DNA of 64,000 bases from Antedon mediterranea (GCF_964355755.1 NC_092674.1:31558001-31622000); one strand, 5' to 3'; positions 40,542 through 54,733 are shown, counted from the first letter of the stretch. Notes: generated from the letters alone by a model not told the origin. Program-made: numbers and translations.

Positions 40542-42229
40542 GTAATCCTTTCTGTAATTTTTTTTCAATATTTCATTTTAAACTAAAGTACATCTAACAT
40601 AATAATTTGTCAACTTAAATTGTAGCAAACGTGTACATTGTCACCAGAGCAAACCATTTTATTTGATTTGTCAGACAACGGGTTGCGCACGCATTTACGC
40701 GGAAACCCAATGCAGTAACAGTAACGGTTACCACACTCGAGATTACAAAATGATATCCCTATAATATTAGTTTATTTTACTTTACTTAATATAAATTGTC
40801 GTTACTTCAAAATAAACATGTTGGTGTCTCATTACCGTCAGCTCGCTTCACTTGTCAAGTTAATTTAGCCCACTCAGTATACCACTGGGTACGTTACGTG
40901 AAATTTGGTATTCAGTTAATTTAGTCTACTCAGTAACATTAAGTACGTTACATAACGTATGGTATCATGTGGTGGCAAGTTCAGAAAGGGCCAGTCGATC
41001 ATTGTGACAAGAAATCCCTCGCACGTGCATCACAACAGGTATATTAAAATTGCCCATCATTGCTATACGTTTACTTGAATTTAGAGATGGTACTTGTTAA
41101 CATTCGTGCATTTATGTGAAAGGTTTGAAAATATAGGTGATGTACGCAACCCTAACTATATTCAATGCAAACATACATACATCTACAGTTTACACTACAC
41201 GTTTACAAATGGTTTGAGGAAGGCACCACCACTGCAGGCTAAACGTGTAACTGCCTCCGCGCTCGATTTATAGCTAATTATGTACGAATAAAATCGGATG
41301 GTTATGCTTTTTAAAATAAACCCAAGATTTCTGTTCAACACATAAAACCCCGCATAATAGACGTCCTTCCAGTTTATCATTTAAGAAAACAAACCAAGTT
41401 CATTTTATATTTACGAAGTATATTAATAAGCAGCTGGATATCAATAATATATATAATGCACGTTCAACCTGCTTAATAAACAGTTGTACGCTCCTCATCA
41501 CATCGTATCGTTTACCTTCGGGTCACAGTACTGTATCACAAATTTCTGTACTAAATTACTAAAATCAAGCACGTAAAACCATATTTAATTAATATATTAC
41601 AGTATTAATTTAGATAAATGTGATATTTTATTGTATTACAATATTATACGTTCAAACAAATCGATATTAACAAAAGTAATAATTTCCCCCCATAAACAGT
41701 TTCCATAAACCTTTTTGAACATGTGAAATGTACACAAGTCTAACATGTGAAATGTACACAAGTCTAACAAAATAACCCTTTATATCGTATTGTTGTAGAT
41801 TTGTCTTTTATTGTAATTCAATTTCTTTAAGGACTTAAACAGCCTATTATACATTACGCCTAATACAACGTTATTAGATCGACGACTGCGCGTTTAAATG
41901 AAATTTATTTAGAACTTCTATACTAAAGCTGCACACCGGACCATTTCCGGTGTGTGTCTTTTGTATTTATACTTTATTTTCATTGCGTAGGGAATAGGCA
42001 GTAACTGATTAGGTGGCTTTATGTGAAAAAATGTGCTTTATAGTATAATGATTTTCTCAATACAATCTATATATTTACGATTTAGATATTAACCCATGAA
42101 ATGTTTCTTTGGTCTGAAAACCATATCCGACTTGCTTCATCTTACTCTTCCTTCAAATTTCTGCTCTTGTTTAGTTGCTTCCTTTTTTCTATCTTTTCTT
42201 CTGAGATGGTCAATTTAATTTAATTCATT

Positions 42230-42402
42230 TAATTGTGTGCTTTATTTTATCTTTATAAATTATATTTATTTTAATTTTATGTTTATTGTTTCATGTTTAT
42301 GTCTCGTCATTTTGTATTTTTGTAAGGGTCCCTAATGATCAGCTTCGGCTGAATGGATCACCCTCGTAAAATATTGTTGAAATAAATAAAATAAAAAATA
42401 AA
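42230..42402 (+). mobile_element. Isolated LINE-type 3' end (T-rich UTR, stem-loop, (AAAT)n tail)
   Basis: T-rich tract, then AGGGTCCCTAATGATCAGCTTCGGCTGAATGGATCACCCT hairpin, then AAATAAATAAAATAAAAAATAAATA. Confidence 0.5.
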
Positions 42403-45400
42403 TAGATATACAATATACTTGATTATGTTCATTACGTCAGATTGTTAAGATGAAGACTACATCGATACTAAGCAAAGTAATGTACGCGTATGTACGATTG
42501 AAATAGGCATGGCAGTGTTATTGGTTTGATACATAGCATAATAATGACGACATCAGGTGTTGAAATAAGTGTTATGATTGAACGAAGTTTAAAGAGAATA
42601 ATTTATATTAAAATGATATTTAAAAACAGTGTCCTAACCGTCAACTATGCTGCAGAGAGAATTTACAAAAATACAGTAAAATGAGAGGAATTTATGGTTT
42701 AAATAGATGATAGAGGCTTTGAAGTATCATTGATAATCGTTAATAGTCGCCGGTAGTTCTTTGTACATCGGGCAGGTGTTGTTTTAGGATTCGACGTGAC
42801 GTAATGAAGTAATGATAACAACATGGAATCTTGAATTTGAAAATTTGAAAACAATATTTAAAACCATGGGAACTAAAATGGTAGCCAAAATGGTCAACTT
42901 GCTTCGTTAATGGTTTAATTTTGTTTCTATTTGTTTTCCGGTGTGAGAGGCTAAGAAGACGGTAGGTTCGGTGACATCTTCATCAAGAGTTTGCATCCTA
43001 TCATACTTATTATGTCTTTCTGTATAATGTTGTAGTATAATTATGATGCAGAGTGATTCTAAATGAATCATTAATTATTATGTTTTCTTACTAATATTAA
43101 AATATTTGTATTCGTATCACCTGACAGTGCATTCATGCAGAATATCCATTTGTACTTTCTATATTGGAAAACCAAAATCTACATTGTTACCTTTTGAACT
43201 AACATTAAGAAGTTGACTATCAGGACACGCATTTATTATTCACAAGGGATAGCATAAAATGCATTACTATCATAATTAAAAGAAGTACAAGTATTCTTAA
43301 GAAGATATTAACTATCAAGGATATATTAAACGAGATGATAAATCTCAGAGCATTCAGATAGAGACTATAGAACGTGATGATACGAGGAGCATTCGAGTAT
43401 AGAGTTGGCTGCAGATGCGCCGTATGTTAGAACATTATACAGTAGCGTCGTTTGATGATAATGTCTAGCTTTCTTGATCTAAATGTTATATTTTGAACAC
43501 CTCGTAAATTTTGACACTGTTATACATATGTGCACGAATCTCGGTTTGAAAATGTGTCTGTATGTGAACAAAATGTGATGTGCCCATATATGAACATGAT
43601 GATGTCACACTACCATATTTGGGCACACAACTATCATATTTGGGTACATCACGCTTTGTTTGATAGTGTAGACAGTGCGGTTTGAGATATGTATCTTGTC
43701 TCTATCAATAATTTATTGAATTTTAAAGATTAGATGTGTTGGTTGAGCAAAACAATTAATGGTTTTCTTCATTTTCACCATGCAAAATAAAAGTCAAATC
43801 TCAATTATGCTTTGAATTGCCATAAAAGAATGTCGTCAATATTTTTTTCATTAAAGAACTTGACTGAATTCCAAAGCACGATGTTAACATGTCCATACAG
43901 CGACATTCTGTCGGTTTCATGAAAGAACTCCACGTTACGTTATTGTGTCAATCGCTTAAAATTAATTTCCGAAACATAGCAACAAGAAATCTTACAAATT
44001 AATTACGGTCTTTACGTGAACACATTTACAAAATAATAAATATACATACATATAGCAGGTCGTAAGTTAATATTACAAATTGAATTAGTAATGTTGACTC
44101 AATCCACGTAGTTGAGTTGTATAGTAACAGATAAACACCTTTGTTCCATTATTTTCCATACAAGAACACGGTATTGTTGGGACAGATACGATTAATGTGA
44201 ACAAACTGTTATGAGGTTTATTGCCTGAGATCTATTAAAACAACGCAATTCATAGATGGTTTGTCAATATGTTACCTTTGAAACTGAAAGGTTTCTACAC
44301 ATCTTTACTTAGTCACCTTAGATGTAGATCATTGATGTACTAATTTACCCCATCATTAGTCGTGTCTCTTTACCGATGTGTACATTATCTTCATCAGCAA
44401 TGGCGTGCAAAAATGTTGATTTCCCATGAGAAGTGACGGGAACTTGCTAAATACTTCTAGAAACCAAATGAGCTTTTGTGGCATTGTTAATGGTATTCAT
44501 GATACCTTCCTTTCTTTTGTGTAGGAATTTACAAATTATCACAGAATTAACAATCGGAATTTGTTAATTTGTTTTATATTGTATGACGGTAGGCTCATAT
44601 AGCATTATACTAAAAAGTACTTTAACAGTAAACATGTACGTTTCAACGTACCCAGCAATACTAGGTTATAGGCCTACACATTTGGTAGAGGCAGAATTAT
44701 AGCACAGCCCCTTGCCATGTGTGGAATTACCAAGTGTTTAGATAACCGCAATAAGAACGAATTGTGATAGGAAACAGATATGATTTGCATCGATTACTTA
44801 TAGAATTACTACATGAATTAAAAAGGTTTTGAGTTGAATTACTTGAGGGAACATCCAACTAAATTACAGGATTCGTCTATATGCTGTATTAAAACTCCTA
44901 ATATCGCATTTCAACAATTTCAAAAATGTGTATTTAAACTAAATATTATAGATGAAATTACAAACACAACATACCGCATGTCATCTCTTGGGCCTATGTC
45001 CTCAGATTTCCATACAACTCTCAGGAACAAACCTATGACATGAAGAAACCAATTCAAAGTTTGCTCTCAATCGATTTGTTTTATATAGTCAGGTTCCGCC
45101 TCATTCAGATTTTAATAACATTTTGGATCGCGTTTCTTTGCCGGCACAATTTACGAATCGAAGAATAATTGAAATGCTCTTTACGAACTAAAGGACAGCA
45201 TGGCTTAAATTAAGGTCATGTGTTTATGCAGGCCTATTTCTAATATCAATTTTTTAGATGAATTATATATACTGAACTCAGTTTGAATCAAATTATTTGC
45301 TATCTTTTGAAATAATGGGTTGGGTTAAGTTTAGTGTTAACAGATATGCTTATTAGACCTAAGTTCAATCGAATGTCCAATATACAGCAAATTAGTTATT

Positions 45401-46704
45401 AAATATGATTTATTACTATAGAAATTCCATTCACCGTAATCAAACTTTCATTTAGAGGGCGGTGTTGTTGTTACATTTTGAAAATTCATTTTTATTGAAA
45501 TAAAAACTCACTGACTTGTTCTTGCATTTTAAAATTATTATTCTAAATATGTAAACTTAAATTTGTTTCATTGCTATACTATAATTAATGGTAGGGCTAA
45601 TTATCAGTGTAGTGACGTAGGCTATCAAATGTATGCCTTCAAGTTTTCTTTACAGTTTCATCGTCGAATAAATTAATATGACGTCCATGTTGTAGTCATC
45701 AACGTTTTATGGTTCAACGTGTAAGGTTTCTAAATGAGAAACTTGTGCATTTAGCCAATATGTTAAAACTAAGTAATTAACCAATACTCAACCTGACATT
45801 AATATCAAGGGCAAATGCGCCTTAGTTTCTGTCATGTTCTTTATAGTAAACCATTAAAATATGCTACGATTAGTTGTAGATCATTTCTTTTCATGTTCAT
45901 TCGTTCGAAGATTGTGCTGGTGAGCGGTATGAACATTTTTAGCCCTCGGTCTCCTGCGATAAATCAACTAATGCCGTGCATTTAGAATCATTTCATGAAT
46001 TCTGCCACGTATTGTCCTTATGTTGACCTGCTACACATAATTTGTTAAAAATTAGTTTCAATTTCATTTTTTTTGCTTTACTATTTTCTGTACTTTACTA
46101 TATCGTTTTCTGGCTTCAAATGTCGTCTAAAAAGACTTTCAAAGTTAAATGCCAAATTATATTTCACTAAATAATTCTTCATTAAAGAAATTAATTCTAT
46201 GTAAGTATTCTTATAGTATAAAAGCTATGCTTTTTATTATTTTGTCTCGAATCTTTCGATGTTTTTTGATAGATTGAAAAACTGAAATATTTGTATATTG
46301 CTAATTATCATTCACATCATCGTAATTATTTCTATCGTTACAAGGTCATTTCATATTAATGGATTCGACAATGAAACAAATCTCAGTTATTAAAATTTCC
46401 CTCGAGCAAACTCAGACTAAATGTTAAACATTGAGTTTCCGTTCGACGTCGATACAATCAACGTTTAAACTTAAATAATGATACTGTGATATACCTTGAT
46501 ATTCTTACAATGTCAAGCTTTCTGCGTGGTGATTTCCTGGAAATGCCAACATTTATATTTATTATCAATTCCACTGACTCAATTACCTAAAAGCAAACCA
46601 AATCAACAACTAAACGTATTAAATAGAAGTTTACGTGGGACACACATCGTCACCTAGATAATAAAACGATACGATTAGTTGAAATTGTCTGTTTGTTATT
46701 ACAG

Positions 46705-46842
46705 TGCGATACTGGAATTGGTGCTGATGCTTTGTTTGACCAATTTTACCGAAAACCTCCAATGAAGATACTCTTAGGATGCTCTTGCTCTGAAGTATCG
46801 AAACATGTAGCTACTATCACACAATATTGGAACGTTGTAATG
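46705..46842 (+). CDS. GABA-B-R3-like receptor coding exon 2
   Basis: ACAG|CDTGIGADALFDQFYRKPPMKILLGCSCSEVSKHVATITQYWNVVM|GTAAGT. Confidence 0.95.
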
Positions 46843-47153
46843 GTAAGTACCACATTTAACATTGAAACATATACATAAATTCCCACACTACTTGGATGGA
46901 AAATATTAATCGAGTTTAAAATAATAAGATATACTTTATGAATCAGTTACCGGAAGGATTGGAATTGTAATCATTTTATTTTTTTACACTCAAACTTGCT
47001 TTAACACAGACATTATCCGTTTCATTGGCACATGAAACAAAATTGCCAACAGATCTTGAGGTTTAGACCCTATGTGTTTTTAAGTTTTTAATTTACATAT
47101 TTATCTGAGTTATTGATAATAAAAGAACCCCCAACCATGTTTGCGTTTTTTGT

Positions 47154-47262
47154 ACGGAATCTAACCTTGTACAGTGACCAGGTACATATTTAGCTGCACT
47201 CAACTCTTACGGAATCTAAACTTGTACAGCGACCAGGACCATATTTAGCTGCACTCAACTCT
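47154..47262. repeat. Two-copy tandem duplication of about 55 bp
   Basis: TACGGAATCTAAmCTTGTACAGyGACCAGG...CATATTTAGCTGCACTCAACTCT occurs twice. Confidence 0.85.
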
Positions 47263-48754
47263 GATTCAATTTGTTAATAATTTTTGGCAGTTGTGTGTTA
47301 TAACTATAACAAAATAAATCAACAGAAAAATATTTAAAATAATAACTTTAAAAGACAACATTAGAGAAAGATTGGAACCATAAGAAACAGAAGCGCATTT
47401 TCAGTACATTATTTTATATGAGTGTCTGGAAATGAAAATTAATGGAAAGAAAGTGACTATAATATTTGTATTACTTAGAAATACGTGTTATTAGCAGAAA
47501 ACGGAGCAGAATGTAAACTTGAGTTCACACTCCGGCCATTATAGTTATACGATATTTCTTTATTAATGTGGATGGTTAAGATATACATGTAAATTTTGTT
47601 TTAAACTAATCTAAACAACATTTATTTAGGAGTAGAGATAGACTGATAAAAGGTGGACAATTTTGAATTTATTAATTGAAGCAACAATAATTTAGTCTAC
47701 TGTTCAAACAATGATATGGTTTTGGTTTGAAAAGAATCAACAAAAAAAGCTATAAATATTCATTTGATTTCTTGCTTTCAGTAATTTAAATGGTAAAATG
47801 AAAGAATGAATGGTATAATAAACTATAAATCACTAATCAATGTACTAAATTTAAACTTTAACGATGTGTTTACGAATTTAATATTTGTCGTAGGCATTCA
47901 GCGTAATCTTGATTTGAAGCGAGGTTTCACTTTAATGCTACCAGAATTGGATTTAATATCAACTCTGCTGTAATTATCAAGAGTATTGTTGTATTTTACA
48001 ACGCTATTTATATTCCAATGCAGCATTATATACATTCTAAACAAAATAGTAGTGCGGTCGCAGGTTATTTAATTTTTGTGAACACTACAATTTTACTCAA
48101 GCGTACGAATTCTTACTCAAGCGTACGGAATAATCTGCACTGACTCGATTGTGTACGTTCGAATCTTTGTGCAACTCATCGTATAAGTTTAGTTAGTCGA
48201 TGCAAATTGAAATAGGCTTGTGTAAAATAATTTCTCGTTACATGATATCTGCATTTCTTTATTTATTACTATAAAGTATGAATTATTAGACACGAATCTT
48301 TATTTTCATAACATAACATTCCTGATTAAAAAAATGTCAGACGCAAATGATTTTCTCTCAATAACACGTTATTTCAGTAATTTTCTATGTATCCCTTTGA
48401 GGTTTACTGACGTCATAACAGCGCAGTCAATTTGAACGTGCAGTTGATTGATTTAAAATAGTAGTAAATCTATGAAACAAATAGAAACGCAATCAGTTTC
48501 TTATTCCAAACAATTTAAAAACAGAAATTATCATCTATTGTGACCACTGTTTCAAACTAAAAATAATTCCAGATATTACTTATTACACGTTATCACAATC
48601 AAGTGAAATTAATGCTACTTCAAGATTTTCAGCAGTAGTAACAGCATTTAAAAAAAATACTGACAGTTTTATTTTTAAGAACATTTAATTACAATTATAT
48701 TAAACCAAGTACTTCGGATTAACATTATTGCCATAACTCTGGTTTATGAAACTC

Positions 48755-48988
48755 GAAATGGTATATTACATGATGGTTTTAGTTTGATAACATGATTGAA
48801 ATGGTATATTACATGATAGTTTTAGTTTGATAACATGATTGAAATGGTATATTACATGATGGTTTTAGTTTGATAACATGATTGAAATGGTATATTACAT
48901 GATAGTTTTAGTTTATAACATGATTGAAATGGTATATTACATGATGGTTTTAGTTTATAACATGATTGAAATGGTATATTACATGATA
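48755..48988. repeat. 42-43 bp minisatellite, left half (interrupted by an insertion)
   Basis: Unit GAAATGGTATATTACATGATrGTTTTAGTTT(G)ATAACATGATT. It breaks mid-unit after ACATGATA. Confidence 0.95.
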
Positions 48989-49847
48989 TTACATAGCCTA
49001 TGTAAATACGCTAACGTGATTGGTTGAAACTGCATCACATGACTACCGCTGCGAGGATCGTAAATCGTATATATCCTCGAGAACGATGATATTGACTGTG
49101 TAATTTTCGCGTAATTATCGTGTCCCCTGTCATTAAACATATAGATTCTCGAGTACGATGATATTGACTGTGTAATTTTCGATAAATAAACAAAAGTCAT
49201 CAACTCGATCTTGAACTCGGGTGGAATTGTCACTCCATCGCAAGACAACGCTTCAACCGTTGCGCCACGGAAGTTGCTTGAAGAAATTAATCTTCTAAAC
49301 TATTTAAACTATGCATACATAGCGCCCTCATTTGTTATAAGTCCACCCTAAATGTGATGAAACACCGTTTGTGATTGGTCAATACTCACGGTAGTAACCT
49401 AGTAAGTAGTACGCGCTGAACATCCGGTGATTCGGCTCCTCGAAGATCGAGAAGAAGACGAATTGTTTATTCGGCCTACCTGATTATAATATTATTATTT
49501 TTAATAGGCTTATTGATGGAAATTCTTCTGTTAATTTAAACGACCTAGGCCTAAGTGAATATTTTATTGCCAAGGAATCATTAATTAGTAATTATCTGTA
49601 TATTATTCTTCGCAAGGTAAGGTGTCTAGGCAGGCTTGTTTAAATACAATACAAATACTATAGGAGGCCTAGCCTAGCTTCACCCAACCCAGCAGACTTG
49701 TTCTTGGCTATATAATATAACAGATATTGCCTTTTATATCGGTTAAATATAAGATTTGACATCCCCTCGGGAATGATATTAAGTTCTCGGGGAATATATA
49801 TTTCCCTCAGCTGGCGCTTCGGGAAATATATATTCCCTCGAACTTAA

Positions 49848-52800
49848 GAGCCATTGTCTGTAAGAATCAAAGAAATATCAAAAAAAGTGGCAGACTCAAA
49901 AAAATGGATTTCTTTCAAATTTTGCACATGGCTATATATGTGTTGAGAGAAATCAAATATGAAGTATTTTTTATTTCAAACGTATATTTCCATGGCAACG
50001 GCCAAATTTGTGTTTTTGACAAATTTTGTCCTTTTTTAAGGTTTTTTAAAATGGATATTGGCACTACTTTGATGAGCGATATTTTTGTGTTGTTCATTTA
50101 ATTATAAAAAATAATTAGTGTATGCATAATAACAATGCATTGTGTACCTGTTTCAAATTTTTTTATTTTTTTTTATTTCATACTTTGGGAGATACCATTT
50201 ATTTAAAAAGGGGTGTTTTTTTAAATTGTTCAATGCAACTAAACTTTACTTCACCATAACGCCTAAAGTGGTGTATTTTTTTAGCTGATTTATTACAAAT
50301 AGGTAGTTCTAATGTTTAATAATTGATTTCTAAAATAAAATACTGGGGTAAATTTAAAATCTACAAGCAGTGTTGCGAGAAACATAGGCATTTTTATATT
50401 AAAAAAAACATGGTATATTAGTAAAAACATTTTATTTTCTTTGATTATTTGATTTGAAACTCATTGGTCAGAAAAATTCTTAATGTTTTATATAGTTCTA
50501 GTTGTGTTGTGAGAAAAAAAATTAATTTTTAATTATAGATTCTGTAATTCCCAGTTTTAATGTCATTTTATATGTTATATCCTCTGGAAATTTGAATAAA
50601 TTATCAGATCGTTGTGAATTTTAATCTTTGCTACAGATTACTCCTCTCTTATTTTGAAGCTCCTCTTTCATTTGTTTACTTCTTTTATTTGCTAACCTAA
50701 GCAGATCCCATATGCCCATCCACCACCACTTTCGACTACCACCCCTCCCCACCCCCACCCCGACTATAACCACAAAAAGATAAACTGCAACACTTTGGTC
50801 GATCATCCACTATAGAGTGTCAAATGCATGCATTCAAGCACCACCCACACTGCCGCTACTATCGCCCCAATGAATAGACGGATTCAAACTCCTCCATCCA
50901 ACCACCTCCCCCTTTTCTCCAAGCCCCCACCCACCCCAAGTTAAAAATTGCAATGCAAAAGATAGGACATATAGTTAAGTTTTTAGACCCTCGCCTTCAA
51001 CCACCTAACTATTTAAAAGTCCTGGATCCACCACTTTCCCCTCCCCAAAATAGAACCAATCAAAAGTCAATGATATACTCAGGTATGTTAATGCTACATA
51101 ACAAATATTGAAGCCCTGATTTGAAATTTCATTTCATTTAAGGTCAGCATGTAAAATATCACACTTTATTATTAAATATTGGTTTTAAATTCTATATTTT
51201 TTTTACTGTGATGGTTGGATTCAGTAATAATTATTAATTAATAATTATCTGATAATTATTTAATTTCCCTTAGTTATGCATAGCAACAGTTACTATGGTA
51301 ACTAAAAATGAGATATTCTTTAGATTTTGCATATTTATCTCATACAAATTTAAATTTGTAGATTATTAGCAGGCATGCCTTATTTGCATTTTCAAATTAC
51401 CGTTTCACAAGGTCATATTCGTAAGCACTTTCTTCTGTGATTATTTTTATTCATGAAAACCCCATATTTTATTTACAGCGGCCACCTCCCTTAACGGACG
51501 CACTTTGAAAAGCCTGTTTGTTCTTCCTATCTAATTAGTGCATTTGGTGCTTACCGTAAGCAGCTGCGAGCACCTTTTTATACTAAAAATGAGATTTTTT
51601 GTAAGCGGCCAATCGAAAAATGTGATACTTATTGCATGGACCTATGAATTAGAGGTGCATGTTTATTGTATTTCTTTATATATTAGCTTTATTTTGAAGA
51701 GGTTTTAAAAACATTACTGTGAAGAGATGAGAAAACTACACAGATTTTGACCGACCATTTTTCATATGATAAAAGTTTTTAAAATTTGTCTGAAAATGCT
51801 AAAAAATACTAAACCACCTGATTATAAATAATAATATGCCTACAATTAGCTGGAAAATTGAGAGGCTCGTTTCGTTAAGAATATCGTATATAGCCATAAT
51901 AAGTGATTTTGGCCCTTTATCGGCAGAACCTCCCGTAAGGGGTCACCGCCCGTAAGCGGCCACTTTTCCAGGTCCCGAGGGTGGCCACTTACGGGAGGTT
52001 CAACTGTATTTAACAAAACAATTATCCTTAGTTACGCATAGAAACAGGTTCTAAGATAACATAAATAATACATTTTGACATAACTTGACCCAAAAAATTT
52101 TTTTCACAAGGTCAGACATTTTCTGGGATTCAGTAGATAAGTAAATTTGGGAAAAGGTAGTAAAGCTATGTAATCAATTGTTTGTAGTCATGAAACCCCA
52201 TATTAAAAATATTGTACTTAGTTACGTATAGAAACAGTTGCTACAATACACTATAGGTAAAATGTTGATGTCATTTGACCTCAATATGTAAAATTTTTAT
52301 TTTTTCATGAAACTCCATATTTAATTTTTTTTTAAAATATCATTTGTTACGTAAACAGGTTTAAGATAACACTAAAGGTCATTTTTTTTTACCTTTATTC
52401 AGATTCGTCAAGACTTTCTTTCTGAGATTATTAGGATTCAGTATTTAAAGTAAATTTGGCAAAAAGTAGAAATGTAAAACTATGTAGAAAAAATGTTTTT
52501 TATTTATGAAAAACCCCTTATTTTTTTTAAATTTTCGCATAGAAACAGTTACTATGGTAAAATGTTGACCTCAAAATGAATGAATTTACAAGGTCAAGTT
52601 TGTCATTAATGGAATGCAGTAGAAGTAAAATTGAGAAACATGTACAAATGCAATCAATTCTTTGTATTTATAAAAACGCCATTTTTTACGTTTTTTAAAA
52701 ATTACTTTCCTTAGTTACACATAGAAATGGTTGCTAAGGTAACACTATAGGTAAAATATGAAAATTGTTGAGAATTGTTATGAACTATCTTGTAAATTTT

Positions 52801-53745
52801 GATCAAACATTAATAGTTGTAGTAAAGTGGGGACCTGTCCTGTTTTACAATCTGACCCCTTTTGACCTCAAATGACCTATTTACAAGGTCAGATTTTTTG
52901 GGAGGTCTTTCTGTATCTCTTTACACAAAATAGATTTAAAAATTTATAAAAACCATTGACTCAATTATTTCCAAGTTTAACATTATTTTCCATCAACTAA
53001 ATATTTCAATGCAAAATACTGTTTTTCTGGCAATTAATTGAAATAAACCTGGCAACACATTCTCCTATTTTATCTAAACTATTCGTATGACTCTAGTAGC
53101 AATATGACAAGCCATATATACATTTTATTATTGGATTAGCCATATTTAAATTGTGTTTCATGTGTTTTGTTTGTTGATATTTTGTTATATTTTTTGCATT
53201 TTTCGTATTTTCCTGGCAACACAAAACCTATGTACGAAATTTACCCCAGTGTTTTTTTTGTGATTATTGTTGAAAAACCTATTGACTATCAAATTAAAAA
53301 ACCTCATTGATTTAAAAACACCACTTTGGAAGTTATAGGTACATTTATGAGGTATACTTTTATAAAAAAAATATTTTTTAAAAACACCCCTTTTTAAAAT
53401 AATGGTATCAACCAAACTCCATTTTGTAATTTATTTTTTTTCTACATTAAATGGAACTCAATACATGTTGTTTACACTGCTATAAACAAAAACTGTATAA
53501 TGTAAGTATTTTTTGGTTAAAATAAGTATACAAGTTTGTACTTTTTCACTATAGAAAATCTGTGAAAAATGACAAAAACATCAAAATTTGGATAATTTAC
53601 CGTTGTCATGGCAACGGAGGCTAAAAATTAAAATGAATGTTGTAGATATGCTTTTTATTGAAATGTCTATTCATGGTAAAAATTTGAGAGAAATCCATTG
53701 TTTTACATCTGCCACCAAATCTTTGATTTTTACAGACAATGGCTC
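49848..53745. mobile_element. 3.9-kb non-autonomous Kolobok-like DNA transposon with TTAA TSD
   Basis: TTAA|GAGCCATTGTCTGTAAGAATCAAAGA ... TCTTTGATTTTTACAGACAATGGCTC|TTAA. Patchy inverted similarity extends several hundred bp inward. Internal degenerate repeats CCTTAGTTACGCATAGAAACAG. No transposase ORF. Confidence 0.9.
51476..52006. mobile_element. pogo/Tigger-like (Tc1/mariner) MITE with partly deleted left end
   Basis: Right end GTGGCCACTTACGGGAGGTTCAACTG|TA with repeated CCCGTAAGCGGCCAC subterminal motifs. Left end TA|CAGCGGCCACCTCCCTTAA. It interrupts an internal repeat unit of the host element. Confidence 0.7.
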
Positions 53746-53811
53746 TTAATATCATTCCCTCGGGGATGTCAAATCTTATATTTAACCTCTAAGCAGTCAA
53801 TATCTGTATAA

Positions 53812-54049
53812 TAGTTTTAGTTTATAACATGATTGAAATGGTATATTACATGATGGTTTTAGTTTATAATATGATTGAAATGGTATATTACATGATAGTT
53901 TTAGTTTATAACATGATTGAAATGGTATATTACATGATGGTTTTAGTTTATAACATGATTGAAATGGTATACTTTACATGATGGTTTTAGTTTATAACAT
54001 GATTGAAATGGTATATTACATGATGGTTTTAGTTTTATAACATGATTGA
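53812..54049. repeat. 42-43 bp minisatellite, right half
   Basis: Resumes exactly mid-unit (TAGTTTTAGTTTATAACATGATTGAAATGG) where the array at 48755-48988 stopped. Confidence 0.95.
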
Positions 54050-54562
54050 CAGCTGTAACTGGTAATTCGACAAACGTGCGAAATATCTATTTTGATTAAA
54101 CGCGGTATGGCATTACCAGGTACACTTTACGCTACAAACTCCTCTTAGCCACTATAATTTTAACCAACGTAATCCGAATTAATTGTATCTCATCCGATAA
54201 TTAGATAGATGAGGTATAATTCTGTCCCCAGTAAATTGAAATTCTTAGTACGGTTCACTGTTGGTCAATCGACAGTAATTTCAACATTACCATCAATATT
54301 GTTTTGAATACAAACAACCGAATACCGTCACAACCGCCATATTACGATTCTGTCGCTTGCTTCATGCTCACGATACAATGTTTTATTCACAATATTTTAA
54401 TATCTGACATTAGACCTGATACCCAGAATATGTAAAAGTCAATAGATTATGTGGATACAAAAGCTAAAAATGAGAGTGAGACGTAGTAAGCCTACTATGA
54501 TATTTTCAATACCATTTTATTATATACAAATGTACCTATTGTATTTTACATTCTTCTTGCAG

Positions 54563-54733
54563 TTATCCTATGCCTCTACATCCGTAGCCCTGTCCAAACG
54601 AGAACTTTACCCAACGTTTTTCAGAACTGTTTCTCCAGACACATCTCAAGGCAGTGCGCTTGGAGCTTTACTAGTTCACTTCAATTGGACAACAGTTGCC
54701 AGCCTGACATACGACATTGAATTTTACTCACTT
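54563..54733 (+). CDS. GABA-B-R3-like receptor coding exon 3
   Basis: GCAG|LSYASTSVALSKRELYPTFFRTVSPDTSQGSALGALLVHFNWTTVASLTYDIEFYSL|GTATGT. Contains the class C YPxFFRT motif. Confidence 0.96.

Larger units (their letters stand above)
48989..53811. mobile_element. Outer inserted element (about 0.92 kb without its nested insert), no long TIR, long hairpin at right end; Crypton-like by inference
   Basis: Boundaries are set by the interrupted minisatellite, with a TA/ATA duplication. A roughly 190-bp imperfect palindrome (49716-49847 plus 53750-53811) reassembles when the inner element is removed. Confidence 0.75.

Noticed and set aside
49848-53745. piggyBac assignment or autonomous transposase for the TTAA elements
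   Set aside because: Ends are GA...TC, AA...TT and AG...CT rather than CCY...RGG, and no long ORF is present.
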